A stretch of 54,255 nt of DNA, from contig CAIMOJ010000027.1 of the NCBI GenBank assembly GCA_903843045.1, forward strand, positions 1 to 54,255. The letters run 5' to 3'. A program made the position numbers and the translations under genes. The notes beneath the pieces were generated by a model, which did not search any database, had not been told where the DNA came from, and saw only the letters and a program-made list of their open reading frames with translations. Source of the stretch: Candidatus Uhrbacteria bacterium. GTDB taxonomy: Bacteria; Patescibacteriota; Patescibacteriia; UBA9934; GWF2-40-263. Positions 1 to 10,910 of this stretch are shown one piece after another. Position 1 is the first letter of the stretch, and each line of letters opens with the position of its first letter.

Positions 1-1
1 C

Positions 2-571
2 TCCGACGGACTGTCCGACCTGGAAGAGACGCTCATCTACGGCACGAACCCGAAGCTTCCGGACACGGACTCCGACGGATTCCTGGACGGGAACGAGGTG
101 TATCACCGCTACAATCCGGCAGGGACGTCGCCGGGCACGCTTTATGCCGCAGGACTCGTGAAGGTATACCAGGGGCCGACCGTCGCGACGCGCGAACTTC
201 CGGGCAAGCTGTCCTACTCCCTGTTCTATCCCGCGGTCTGGTCGGTCAAGCCGGCCGTGTCGGAATCGAATGACAGCCCGGTCACGATCGTGTCGACCAC
301 CGGAGAGACCGTTACGATTGCGCTCGCGAAGGGCGGAGGAACCGTCGTCTCCGATCTTTCCGCATGGTACAAGGCCCAGGGGCTGACGGCGGCCGTCACG
401 AAGACGGTCACGAAGAACGGTTACCAGATATTCATCAGCGAGGACCAGCTGACCGGCTATGTCCTTGGGGCCGATTTCGTCATGACGATCAAGATGACCA
501 CGGCTGCCAAGGCGACCGTCGACTATCTGCAGACATTCAAGATGATGATCAATAGCGTGACCTGGCTGTGA
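2..571 (+). CDS. 5'-truncated secreted/surface protein with bacterial thrombospondin type-3-like (DxDxDGLxD) Ca-binding repeats
   Basis: Frame open from base 2: SDGLSDLEETLIYGTNPKLPDTDSDGFLDGNEVYHRYNP, continuing into the 98..571 ORF; start lies outside the window. Confidence 0.7.
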   Translation, partial: SDGLSDLEETLIYGTNPKLPDTDSDGFLDGNEVYHRYNPAGTSPGTLYAAGLVKVYQGPTVATRELPGKLSYSLFYPAVWSVKPAVSESNDSPVTIVSTTGETVTIALAKGGGTVVSDLSAWYKAQGLTAAVTKTVTKNGYQIFISEDQLTGYVLGADFVMTIKMTTAAKATVDYLQTFKMMINSVTWL

Positions 572-990
572 TTTCCTTCGAGATAAATCAGTCGAAGCTG
601 CGAGGGGGCCAGTGCCTGCCGCATGCTTTGGTTGCCAGGGCGCTGGCGGCCTGCGACGCGGAGCTGAAGCCGCGGAAGGACGTCGAACTTTCGATCGCAT
701 TCGTCGGCGAGCGCGAGATGCGGGCTTTGAACAAGAAGTGGCGCGGGCATGACTATGTGACCGACGTGCTTTCCTTTGAGACGTCGAACGAGATCCTGCT
801 CTGCTACCCGCAGGCCGTCCGGCAGGCGAAGGAGATGAAACACTCGACGCGCGACGAGCTGGTTTTTCTGATCGTCCATGGCGTCCTGCACACGTTCGGT
901 TTCGACCATATCGACCCGAAGGACGCGAAGAAGATGTTCCCGCGGCAGACCAGAATCCTAACCGCGCTTGGCGTGGATCCTCGCATATGA
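568..990 (+). CDS. ybeY: rRNA maturation endoribonuclease YbeY
   Basis: NKKWRGHDYVTDVLSF and HGVLHTFGFDH metal-binding motif; GTG start overlaps upstream stop. Confidence 0.93.
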   Translation: MISFEINQSKLRGGQCLPHALVARALAACDAELKPRKDVELSIAFVGEREMRALNKKWRGHDYVTDVLSFETSNEILLCYPQAVRQAKEMKHSTRDELVFLIVHGVLHTFGFDHIDPKDAKKMFPRQTRILTALGVDPRI

Positions 991-1355
991 TTCGCGTACA
1001 AGATTTGTGTTCAAGCGTCCGTCACGCGCTGCGAGGGGTGTCCGTCGTGTTCAAGGCCGAACAATCTTTTCGCATCCAGGCCTGCGGCGCGGTCGCGGCA
1101 ATCGTCCTCGCGGCGATCTATCGAATCTCCACCAACCAGTTTCTCATTATTCTCCTGCTGATCGGCGCCGTCCTTACGCTGGAGATCGTCAACACCATTT
1201 TCGAACGGCTCGTCGACAGCTTCCAGCCTCGCATTCATCCGATCGTCCGCGACATCAAGGACATCATGGCCGGGGCCGTCCTCATCGCCTCGATCGTGTC
1301 CCTCGTCGCGGGAATCGTCATCTTCTGGCCGTACTTGGCCGAGACTGTGCTATAA
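987..1355 (+). CDS. dgkA: Diacylglycerol/undecaprenol kinase family (DgkA)
   Basis: EQSFRIQ, LEIVNTIFERLVD, KDIMAGAVL motifs; three hydrophobic segments; ATGA overlap with ybeY. Confidence 0.88.
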   Translation: MIRVQDLCSSVRHALRGVSVVFKAEQSFRIQACGAVAAIVLAAIYRISTNQFLIILLLIGAVLTLEIVNTIFERLVDSFQPRIHPIVRDIKDIMAGAVLIASIVSLVAGIVIFWPYLAETVL

Positions 1356-1356
1356 T
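1348..1356 (+). promoter_or_regulatory. Extended -10 promoter of ftsA (TGcTATAAT), 9 nt before ATG
   Basis: Perfect TGnTATAAT; the dgkA stop TAA lies inside the hexamer; no SD. Confidence 0.65.
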
Positions 1357-1365
1357 CCCATCACT

Positions 1366-2628
1366 ATGGCCGAAGATATCTACGTTGGTCTCGACATCGG
1401 GTCGCACGCCATCCGCGTCGCGGTTGGAAAGGGCGTTCCGTCCGCGGCCGATGGAAAATCACAGGTGCATGTCATCGGAGCCGTCGAGGTGCCGAGTATG
1501 GGCGTGAACCGCGGGACGATCACCGGGATCGAGGACGCGGTGTCTTCGGTATCCAAGGCGCTCGAACAGGCGGAACGGCTGACCGGCCTCCCACTTGCGT
1601 CGGCCTGGGTCGCTATCTCGGGAAGCCATATCATCTCGCAGGAAAGCCGCGGCGTCGTGGGCGTGTCGCGTTCGGACGGCGAGATCCGGGAGGAGGACGT
1701 GGAGCGGGCCATCGAGGCGGCACGCACCGTCGCGACCCCGACCAACTACGAGATCCTGCACGTGATCCCGAAGACGTTCATCGTCGACGGCCAGCGCGGC
1801 ATCAAGGACGCGATCGGCATGAATGGGATCCGCTTGGAAGTGGACGCGCTGATCATCCAGGGACTCTCGTCGCAGATCAAGAATCTGACCAAGTGCGTAT
1901 ACCGGACCGGGCTCGACATCGAGGACCTCGTGTACTCGGTGCTGGCCACGGCCGAGGCGGTCGTGACGAATCGCCAGAAGGAACTCGGGGTCTGCGTCGT
2001 GAACATCGGCGCGTCGACCACCAGCGTCGCCGTGTACGAGGAGGGCGAGGTGCTGCACACGGCCGTCCTTCCCGTCGGCGGCGCGCACGTCACGAACGAT
2101 ATCGCGCTCGGGCTTCGGACGTCGCTCGAGGTTGCGGAACAGGTGAAGCTGCACTGCGCGACCTGCCGTCCCGACGAAGTCTCGAAGAAGGACGAGATTG
2201 ACCTGGCCGACTTCGGCGCGACGGAATCCGAGGCCGTCGGACGCCGATTCGTCGCCGACATTACCGAGGCGAGGATCGAGGAAATTTTTCAGATGGTCGA
2301 CCGCGAGCTGAAGAAGGTCGAGCGCTCCGGGATGCTTCCGGCAGGCATGGTGCTGACCGGCGGCTGCGCGAAGCTGTGCGGGATCCTCGAGATCGCGAAG
2401 GACGTGCTGCGTCTCCCCGTTTCGCTCGGGACGCCGATCGGGATTTCCTCCGTCATCGAGCGTGCCCACGACCCGGCCATGTCCACGGCGATCGGACTGG
2501 TGCTTTGGGGACAAAACGTGAAGACGGCGGGCGACGGCGGTCGGTTCGGGAACATCCTCGCCAAGTTCAAGGGTGTGGATAAGTGGACGAGCGGATTCAA
2601 GAAAATGCTGAAGTCGTTGAAACCGTAG
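1366..2628 (+). CDS. ftsA: Cell division protein FtsA
   Basis: VGLDIGS, NIGASTT, PVGGAHVTNDIA, VLTGGCAKL actin-like ATPase motifs; directly upstream of ftsZ. Confidence 0.96.
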   Translation: MAEDIYVGLDIGSHAIRVAVGKGVPSAADGKSQVHVIGAVEVPSMGVNRGTITGIEDAVSSVSKALEQAERLTGLPLASAWVAISGSHIISQESRGVVGVSRSDGEIREEDVERAIEAARTVATPTNYEILHVIPKTFIVDGQRGIKDAIGMNGIRLEVDALIIQGLSSQIKNLTKCVYRTGLDIEDLVYSVLATAEAVVTNRQKELGVCVVNIGASTTSVAVYEEGEVLHTAVLPVGGAHVTNDIALGLRTSLEVAEQVKLHCATCRPDEVSKKDEIDLADFGATESEAVGRRFVADITEARIEEIFQMVDRELKKVERSGMLPAGMVLTGGCAKLCGILEIAKDVLRLPVSLGTPIGISSVIERAHDPAMSTAIGLVLWGQNVKTAGDGGRFGNILAKFKGVDKWTSGFKKMLKSLKP

Positions 2629-2630
2629 GC

Positions 2631-2666
2631 AAAGAGCACCTGACATCCCGTCCGGTGCTCTTTTTT
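2631..2666 (+). terminator. Intrinsic terminator after ftsA
   Basis: AAAGAGCACC ... GGTGCTCTTT stem followed by T run. Confidence 0.75.
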
Positions 2667-2670
2667 CGCC

Positions 2671-2699
2671 TTGACATCGGCCCCCTAAAAACCTAAAGT
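2671..2699 (+). promoter_or_regulatory. Sigma70 promoter of ftsZ
   Basis: TTGACA-N17-TAAAGT. Confidence 0.75.
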
Positions 2700-2778
2700 A
2701 TCCTCATAATCCGAGTGTTCAACTCACAACCTGACGAACAAAATTCTTGCTCACCTTGAACACGCTGATCCCACCCTT

Positions 2779-4125
2779 ATGGCCGAAGTGAAACCCGACA
2801 TTGAGACGTTCGCCAAGATCAAGGTGGTTGGCATTGGTGGGGGCGGAGGCGCGGCGGTGAACCGCATGATCTCGGACAAGATCAAGGGCGTCGAGTTTAT
2901 CGTCGTGAACACGGACGTGCAGGCGCTCCATCAGAATCTCGCGCCGAACAAGATTCCGATCGGAAAGACGGTAACGCGCGGCCTTGGCGCCGGCATGAAC
3001 CCGGAAGTCGGCCGACACGCGGCAGAGGAAAGCGTGAACGAGATTCGCACGGTGCTCAACGGCGCGGACATGGTGTTCGTGACGTGCGGGCTCGGAGGCG
3101 GAACCGGAACGGGGGCAACGCCGGAGGTGGCGAAGGTCGCGAAGGAAATCGGCGCGCTTACCATCGCCGTGGTCACGAAGCCATTCTCGTTCGAGGGCGC
3201 CCAGCGCCGACGCATCGCCGAGGAAGGGTATCAGCAGCTTCTCCAGTACGTGGACACGATCATCACCATCCCGAACGACCGCGTGCTCCAGATCATCGAC
3301 AAGAAGACGTCGCTCCTCGACGCGTTCAAGGTGGTGGACGACGTGCTTCGCCAGGGCGTGCAGGGAATCTCCGAGCTCATCACCATCCCGGGCCTCATCA
3401 ACGTCGACTTCGCCGACGTGAAGGCCATCATGCAGAACTCCGGCTCGGCGCTCATGGGCATCGGCCGCGCCACCGGCGAGAACCGCGCCGTGGAGGCTGC
3501 CAAGCAGGCGATCGCTTCGCCGCTCCTCGAGGTTGCCATCGACGGCGCCAAGGGGATCCTGTTCACGATCACGGGAGGAACCGACCTCGGCATGCACGAG
3601 GTCGCGGAAGCCGCCAAGATCATCACGGGCTCGGCCGACGAGGACGCGCGCGTCATCTTCGGCGCCAACATCGACGAGAGCATGGGCGAGGAGGTGCGCA
3701 TTACCGTCGTCGCGACCGGCTTCGACAGCCGTGACCGACGGATGGCCGCCCCCGGAGTGGTTGAGATCCCGGCCCAGAACACCTGGACCCCGGCCCCGCT
3801 CCGCGTCCGCGAGGACGACCAGGCCCGCCGTCAGCAGAAGGCCCCGGTGAGCTATCCGCAGCCACAGCCGACCCCGATGCGCCCGATGATGCCGCCGCCG
3901 ATGCCGGTCCAGCAGCCACAGCCGGCATACGTCCAGCCGTCGTACGCGCTGCCGACCATGAGCAGCCCGATCCAGCAGGGCAGCGCCCCGAGCTTCCAGG
4001 CGCGCCCGGCCCCGACGAGCTCCCAGTACATGCCGCCTCCGCCGCAGCCGATGGCGCAGCAGAAGCAGCAGACCGAGGAAGAGGAGATCGAGATCCCGGC
4101 GTTTATCCGAAAGAAGATGATGTAG
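2779..4125 (+). CDS. ftsZ: Cell division GTPase FtsZ with long Pro/Gln-rich C-terminal linker
   Basis: GGGTGTG tubulin signature, NVDFADV T7 loop, C-terminal EIPAFIRKK peptide. Confidence 0.98.
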   Translation: MAEVKPDIETFAKIKVVGIGGGGGAAVNRMISDKIKGVEFIVVNTDVQALHQNLAPNKIPIGKTVTRGLGAGMNPEVGRHAAEESVNEIRTVLNGADMVFVTCGLGGGTGTGATPEVAKVAKEIGALTIAVVTKPFSFEGAQRRRIAEEGYQQLLQYVDTIITIPNDRVLQIIDKKTSLLDAFKVVDDVLRQGVQGISELITIPGLINVDFADVKAIMQNSGSALMGIGRATGENRAVEAAKQAIASPLLEVAIDGAKGILFTITGGTDLGMHEVAEAAKIITGSADEDARVIFGANIDESMGEEVRITVVATGFDSRDRRMAAPGVVEIPAQNTWTPAPLRVREDDQARRQQKAPVSYPQPQPTPMRPMMPPPMPVQQPQPAYVQPSYALPTMSSPIQQGSAPSFQARPAPTSSQYMPPPPQPMAQQKQQTEEEEIEIPAFIRKKMM

Positions 4126-4133
4126 TGTATAAT

Positions 4134-4167
4134 AGGGCTTACAGGGGATGACCCTCTAAGCCCTTTT
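4134..4167 (+). terminator. Hairpin (probable ftsZ terminator) just upstream of nrdR
   Basis: AGGGCTTA / TAAGCCCT inverted repeat with inner AGGG/CCCT, then TTT; TATAAT at 4128-4133. Confidence 0.5.
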
Positions 4168-4172
4168 CTGAT

Positions 4173-4649
4173 ATGCGCTGTCCTGTCTGCAACAATTCCG
4201 ATACCAAGGTCGTCGACTCCCGGTTATCCACCGACGGGATGAACATTCGGCGTCGTCGCGAGTGCGAGAAGTGCGAGTTTCGGTTTTCGACGCTCGAGGA
4301 AATGGAATTGCTCGACCTGACCGTGGTGAAGCGCGACGGCCGGCGGGAGAGCTATTCGCGCGATAAGCTGATCAAGGGGTTGGAGAAGTCTCTGGAGAAG
4401 CGGCCGTACACGGAGGCCGATTTGCGGCAGATCGTGCACAAGATCGAGCGTGACATCCAGAAGAAGCGGCGCGGGGAACTGACGGCGAAGGACATCGGCG
4501 AGCTTCTGATGAAGCAGCTGAAGGCGTTCGACAAGGTGGCGTACATACGGTTCGCGTCGGTGTACCAGTCGTTTGACGACGTCAAGACGTTCGAGGAGCT
4601 GCTGCGCTCGCTCATCGCCGCCCCGAAGGCGGGAAAAAAGAAAAAATAG
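4173..4649 (+). CDS. nrdR: Transcriptional repressor NrdR
   Basis: MRCPVC...TKVVDSR...RRRRECEKC zinc ribbon, ATP-cone, DKVAYIRFASVY. Confidence 0.97.
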   Translation: MRCPVCNNSDTKVVDSRLSTDGMNIRRRRECEKCEFRFSTLEEMELLDLTVVKRDGRRESYSRDKLIKGLEKSLEKRPYTEADLRQIVHKIERDIQKKRRGELTAKDIGELLMKQLKAFDKVAYIRFASVYQSFDDVKTFEELLRSLIAAPKAGKKKK

Positions 4650-4651
4650 AT

Positions 4652-5911
4652 ATGGATGCAAAGCGACCATCGGGAATTCATCAGACGATCCTCGTCGTCG
4701 CCGTCGCGCTTGCCGCCGTGATCGGCTCGGTTTCCGGCGCGATCGGGGCCGTTCTTATGACGGGCGCCATCAACGGGTCGGACATCATGGCGCGAATGTC
4801 CGGAACCTCAAGGGCTTCCGTTGCGACCGACCGGCGCATCGTCCAGATGATCGAGGAGGAGAGCGCGAGTATCTCCGTGGTGGATACCGTGGCCCCGTCG
4901 GTGGTCAGCGTCATCATTAAGAAGCCGTGGGGCGCGGTACGGGCCGATGAGGCGAACCAGTCAAACTCCGGTTTTTTCGACCCGCTCAACGCGCCGCCCC
5001 TTCCGGACATCCCCCCAAACCAGGATCCGAACGAGCTCGTCGAGATCGGCGGCGGCTCCGGGTTCTTCATGTCCTCCGACGGCTACATCGTTACGAACCG
5101 GCACGTGGTGAGCGATGACGGCGCAACGTACACGGTCGTGACGAACGATGGCGTCGAGCTTCCCGCGACGGTCGTGGCGCGGGACGCGTTCCTTGATATC
5201 GCCGTGCTCGACGTGGCGGGAGACGGATATCCGGTTGCGACGCTTGGCGATTCCGACAAGATTCGCATCGGCTCGACGGTGATCGCCATCGGCAACACCC
5301 TTTCCGAGTATCGCAATACCGTCACGAAGGGCGTCATCTCCGGAATCAACCGCAGCGTGACCGCCGGCGACGACTACGGCTCCGACGAGGTGATCGACCG
5401 CGCGATCCAGACCGACGCGGCGATCAACCCGGGCAACTCGGGCGGGCCGCTCATCGACCTGCTCGGCGAGGTCATCGGCATCAACTCGGCCGTCAGCTAC
5501 GACGGCCAGTCCATCGGGTTCGCGATCCCGATCAACGACGTCAAGAAGATCGTGGACGACATCGGGAAGTTCGGACGCATCGTTCGCCCGTGGCTCGGCG
5601 TGCGCTATCTCGAGGTCGACAAGCAGCTGGCGTCGGACGAGAGCCTGTCCGTGGACTATGGCGTCTACGTCACGTATGGAAACGATCCGACCACCGAGCC
5701 GGCCGTCTCTCCGGGTTCTCCGGCGGAAAAGGCGGGTATCAGGGAGGGGGACGTGATCCTGTCCGTGAACGGTCAGAAGCTTACCGACCATCAGACGCTC
5801 GGCTCCGTCATCAGCCAGTACAATCCCGGAGACACGGTTTCGCTGAAGGTTGCGCGGGGCGAGGAGGCATTCGACCTGAGCGTGGCGCTTGAAGAATTAA
5901 AGGCACAATAG
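4652..5911 (+). CDS. htrA: HtrA/DegP-like S1C serine protease with PDZ domain
   Basis: Intact triad context [27 protein letters not shown]; N-terminal TM; C-terminal PDZ. Confidence 0.93.
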   Translation: MDAKRPSGIHQTILVVAVALAAVIGSVSGAIGAVLMTGAINGSDIMARMSGTSRASVATDRRIVQMIEEESASISVVDTVAPSVVSVIIKKPWGAVRADEANQSNSGFFDPLNAPPLPDIPPNQDPNELVEIGGGSGFFMSSDGYIVTNRHVVSDDGATYTVVTNDGVELPATVVARDAFLDIAVLDVAGDGYPVATLGDSDKIRIGSTVIAIGNTLSEYRNTVTKGVISGINRSVTAGDDYGSDEVIDRAIQTDAAINPGNSGGPLIDLLGEVIGINSAVSYDGQSIGFAIPINDVKKIVDDIGKFGRIVRPWLGVRYLEVDKQLASDESLSVDYGVYVTYGNDPTTEPAVSPGSPAEKAGIREGDVILSVNGQKLTDHQTLGSVISQYNPGDTVSLKVARGEEAFDLSVALEELKAQ

Positions 5912-5912
5912 T

Positions 5913-7292
5913 ATGAAGCGCACAAAGATCGTCTGCACCATCGGCCCGGCGTCCGACGCCCCCGCGACATTGTCCGCGATGATCAAGTCCGGGATGAACG
6001 TCGCGCGGCTCAATTTTTCGCACGGGACGCACGCCGGGCACGCGAAGCTCGTGCGGACGATTCGCGCGACGGCGAAGAAAGCGGGCGAAACGGTCGCGAT
6101 CCTCGGCGACCTGCAGGGACCGAAGATTCGGATCGGGGTCGTGCCGGATGCCGGAGTCGTTCTGAGGAACGGCGAGACGGTTACGCTTCCGGTGACGTAC
6201 GCGGCGCTGCACAAGGACGTGAAGAGGGGCGACCGAGTTATGATCGACGACGGGATCATCGAGGTGTCGTACGTGAGCGGGAAGGCCGGGTTCATGACGG
6301 CCAAGGTCGTGAACGGCGGGACGGTCACGTCGCACAAGGGGATGAACTTTCCGGATTCGACCCTTCGCGTTTCCTCGCTGACCGCGAAGGACAAGGAGGA
6401 TATTATTTTTGGTGTTCAACAGGGGGTGGACTGGATGGCACTGTCGTTTGTCACTTCCGCGAAGGACGTGAAGACGTTGCGGAGGTTGATTCGGGAGGCG
6501 AGGAGGGTCGGAGGGTCGGAGGGTCGAAGGTTCGAAGAGCCTCGGATTATTGTCAAAATTGAAAAGCACGAGGCGCTCGACAACTTTGACGAGATTCTGG
6601 CCGCGACGGACGCGGTGATGGTGGCGCGCGGCGACCTTGGGGTGGAGACGCCGGCCGAGGACGTTCCGCTGCGACAGAAGGAGATCGTTGAGAAGTGCCG
6701 CCTCGCGGGAAAGCCCGTCGTCGTCGCGACGCAGATGCTCGACTCGATGATGCGCAACCCGCGCCCGACGCGCGCCGAGGTTTCCGACGTGGCGAACGCG
6801 GTGATTGATCACGCGGACGCGGTGATGCTCTCGGGGGAGTCCGCAAGCGGAAAGTATCCGAGGCAGGCGGTTGCCATGATGGCGAAGATCGTCGTGGAGA
6901 CCGAGGCGTCGAAGTTCGACGACGTGGCCGCCGAGGAGATCGCGGGGTCCGGAGTCGGCGCGCTCAGCGAGACGCTGAAGGCATTCGTGGCGGGAGATCT
7001 CATCTCGGGAATCGTCGCGTCGCATTCGTCCGCCCCCTGGGCGGAGAGGCTCATGATCGCGCGGCCCGAGGTTCCGCTGTTCCTTGCCTGCGCCACGGAA
7101 GCCGAGGCGCGCCAGGTCAGCATCCGCTGGGGCGTGCGTGCATTCGTGCTGAAGTCGAAGTCGTCCGTCGGGTTCGCCGAGAAGGCGATCGCCGAGCTGC
7201 GGGCCCGCAAGTGGGTCAAGAAGGGCGCGCACCTCGCGGTCGTCACGGGGGATGAGAAGGGCGCCGGGTTCGACGTGGCGGTGGCAAGATAA
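5913..7292 (+). CDS. pyk: Pyruvate kinase (carries an in-frame repeat insertion)
   Basis: [61 protein letters not shown]. Confidence 0.97.
   Translation: MKRTKIVCTIGPASDAPATLSAMIKSGMNVARLNFSHGTHAGHAKLVRTIRATAKKAGETVAILGDLQGPKIRIGVVPDAGVVLRNGETVTLPVTYAALHKDVKRGDRVMIDDGIIEVSYVSGKAGFMTAKVVNGGTVTSHKGMNFPDSTLRVSSLTAKDKEDIIFGVQQGVDWMALSFVTSAKDVKTLRRLIREARRVGGSEGRRFEEPRIIVKIEKHEALDNFDEILAATDAVMVARGDLGVETPAEDVPLRQKEIVEKCRLAGKPVVVATQMLDSMMRNPRPTRAEVSDVANAVIDHADAVMLSGESASGKYPRQAVAMMAKIVVETEASKFDDVAAEEIAGSGVGALSETLKAFVAGDLISGIVASHSSAPWAERLMIARPEVPLFLACATEAEARQVSIRWGVRAFVLKSKSSVGFAEKAIAELRARKWVKKGAHLAVVTGDEKGAGFDVAVAR
6503..6545 (+). repeat. Octamer-unit repeat, solo arm in frame within pyk
   Basis: GAGGGTCG x3, AAGGTTCG, AAGAGCCT, CGG; 6517-6541 is identical to 8381-8405. 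Confidence 0.85.
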
Positions 7293-7317
7293 AAAAAGGC
7301 CGTGCAAGCAGCACGGC
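7291..7317 (-). terminator. Intrinsic terminator between convergent pyk and the 7345-7716 gene
   Basis: A7 run then GCCGTGC-aagca-GCACGGC. Confidence 0.7.
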
Positions 7318-7344
7318 GGGGAGAGACGTTCGTCCGGGGATCCG

Positions 7345-7716
7345 CTAGTGGGCGGGTCCCTTTGCGTTCGCGGCGGCGGCAGTGCGCGCCTCGAGCTCGG
7401 GCAGGACGAAGTTGAGGAGGTGGTGGATGGGGACGCTCGGCCAGGACAGCGCCTCTTCGTTCAGGCCGAGCGCGTCGGCGAGGACGAAGGCGCGGTGGAC
7501 CATGGCGTTGGCTTCGGAGCCCAGGTCTCCGATCCAGGCGCCGAGTTCGCGGAGCATGTCCGTCCGGGTCTTCGGGTTGAGACCATCGACTCCGTCGAGG
7601 ATCCGCTTGAACTGAAGGACGATCGGGAGCCGGCTTTCGCGGCGAATGTCCTCGAAGGACTTGGCTGGGCCGGCGTGGTGGACGGGGGTGGTGGGTAGGA
7701 CGGCGGGCTGAGGCAT
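7345..7716 (-). CDS. Hypothetical protein (123 aa)
   Basis: Fills the intergenic gap; own TTGACA-N17-TATTCT promoter and downstream terminator; no recognised domain. Confidence 0.6.
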   Translation of the reverse strand: MPQPAVLPTTPVHHAGPAKSFEDIRRESRLPIVLQFKRILDGVDGLNPKTRTDMLRELGAWIGDLGSEANAMVHRAFVLADALGLNEEALSWPSVPIHHLLNFVLPELEARTAAAANAKGPAH

Positions 7717-7783
7717 TGAGTCTCACTGATTGAGCGGGGGTTGTCTGCGCTGATGTCCAAGGCACGATGCTCTGAACACCGAC

Positions 7784-7812
7784 AGAATAGGCCGAGCCGG
7801 GCAGAATGTCAA
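7784..7812 (-). promoter_or_regulatory. Sigma70 promoter of the 7345-7716 gene
   Basis: TTGACA-N17-TATTCT; the -35 contains the TGA stop of the upstream gene. Confidence 0.7.
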
Positions 7813-9073
7813 TGGACAATTGATTTTCCTACCAGATGCCCGGCCGCCCATGACGCCTGGAGGTTGAAGCCGCCGGTGAACCCGTCCACGTCCAAAATCT
7901 CTCCGGCGAAGTACAGTCCGGGACAAATGCGCGATTCCATGGTCGTCGGGTCCACTTCGGAAAGGTCGACCCCGCCCGCGGTCACGAACTCGTCGCCGGC
8001 GCCGCGCTGGATGACGTGGAGCGGGATCGCCTTGAGCCACGCGGCCGTCCGGGCCATGTCCTTTTTGGCGACCTGGTTCGCGCTCTTTGTTTTGGAAATG
8101 CCAAGGTGGTCGACGACGATGTCGGCCAGGGACTTGGGGACGAGGAGGCCGAGGACGTTGTCGAACCGCTTGTTCGGGTTTGCCGTCGCGACCGTCTCGA
8201 CGCGGGCGCGGAGGGCGTCGAGCGTCTCGTCGGGGAACAGGTCGATAGCGATTTCAAGCGGATTGGCCGCGTCGTACGGCTCGAACGCGACGATGGAAGA
8301 GAGCGCGAACACCGCCGGGCCGCTGACGCCCTTGTGGGTGAAGAGGAACGGGCCGGTGAAGGAGGGGAGGGTCGAAGGGGCGGAGGGTCGAAGGTTCGAA
8401 GAGCCGCGGTTAGAAGAGATTGTGGCGCGCTCGAACGAGAGACCCGAGATTTCCTTTGGCCAGGTCTCGGACGTGAAGAATGCATTGAGGCTCGGAGCAA
8501 GCGCGGTGATCGTGTGTCCAAGCGCCGTGGCAAACGCATACCCGTCGCCGGTCGAACCCGTGTGTCGGTACGCCTGGCCGCCCGTCGTGAGGACGAGTTT
8601 GTCGGCGACGATCGGCTCGGGTGACTCCTTCGTAAAGATAAAAAATTCATCGCCGCGCTTTTCGACGCGGGTCGCGGAAGTTTTCAAAAGGATGCGGACG
8701 TTTGACAGCGCGAACAGTTCCTCGAACGCGCGGACGATGTCGTGGCCGTCGTCGGAGACGGGGAACACGCGGAGGTCGGCCTGCGTCTTGAGCGGGACGC
8801 CGTGCGACTCGAACCAGGCCTCGACCGCCTCGGGCGGGAAGGCGTACATGGCGGAGGTGAGAAACTTTCCCCCGCGCGGATATCTCGCGAGGACGGTCTT
8901 CACGTCGCGGATCCCGGTCGTGACGTTGCAGCGGCCGCCGCCGGAGATGATGACCTTCTTTCCGAGCCCGTCGTTGCGTTCGATCAAAAAGATTTCGATG
9001 GACGGATCGTCCTCGTGCAACGTCGCGGCGGCCATCAGCCCGGCCGCGCCCCCTCCGATGATCGCGACTCGCA

Positions 9074-9077
<4 letters not shown>
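7809..9077 (-). CDS. NAD(P)/FAD-dependent oxidoreductase, HI0933/YhiN/BaiN family (carries an in-frame repeat insertion)
   Basis: IIGGGAAG, GKKVIISGGGRCNVT, LFTHKGVSGP, VTAGGV, GEILDVDGFTGGFNLQ; ATGA overlap with ABC-F stop. Confidence 0.92.
8367..8409 (+). repeat. Octamer-unit repeat, solo arm in frame (antisense reading) within the HI0933 gene
   Basis: GAGGGTCG-AAGGGGCG-GAGGGTCG-AAGGTTCG-AAGAGCCG-CGG. Confidence 0.85.
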
Positions 9078-10825
<1,748 letters not shown>

Positions 10826-10834
10826 ATCGCGGGC

Positions 10835-10901
10835 ATGTTACAGGGAATCCGTGCGTTTTTCAATGATTTGGCTTGTCTGCCGATGAAAAAGTCGGTATAA
10901 T
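10835..10901. promoter_or_regulatory. Back-to-back sigma70 promoters, each 9 nt from its ATG
   Basis: Minus: TTGAAA(10863-58)-N17-TAACAT(10840-35)-N9-ATG. Plus: TTGTCT(10873-78)-N17-TATAAT(10896-901)-N9-ATG. Confidence 0.7.
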
Positions 10902-10910
10902 TGCGCCGAT

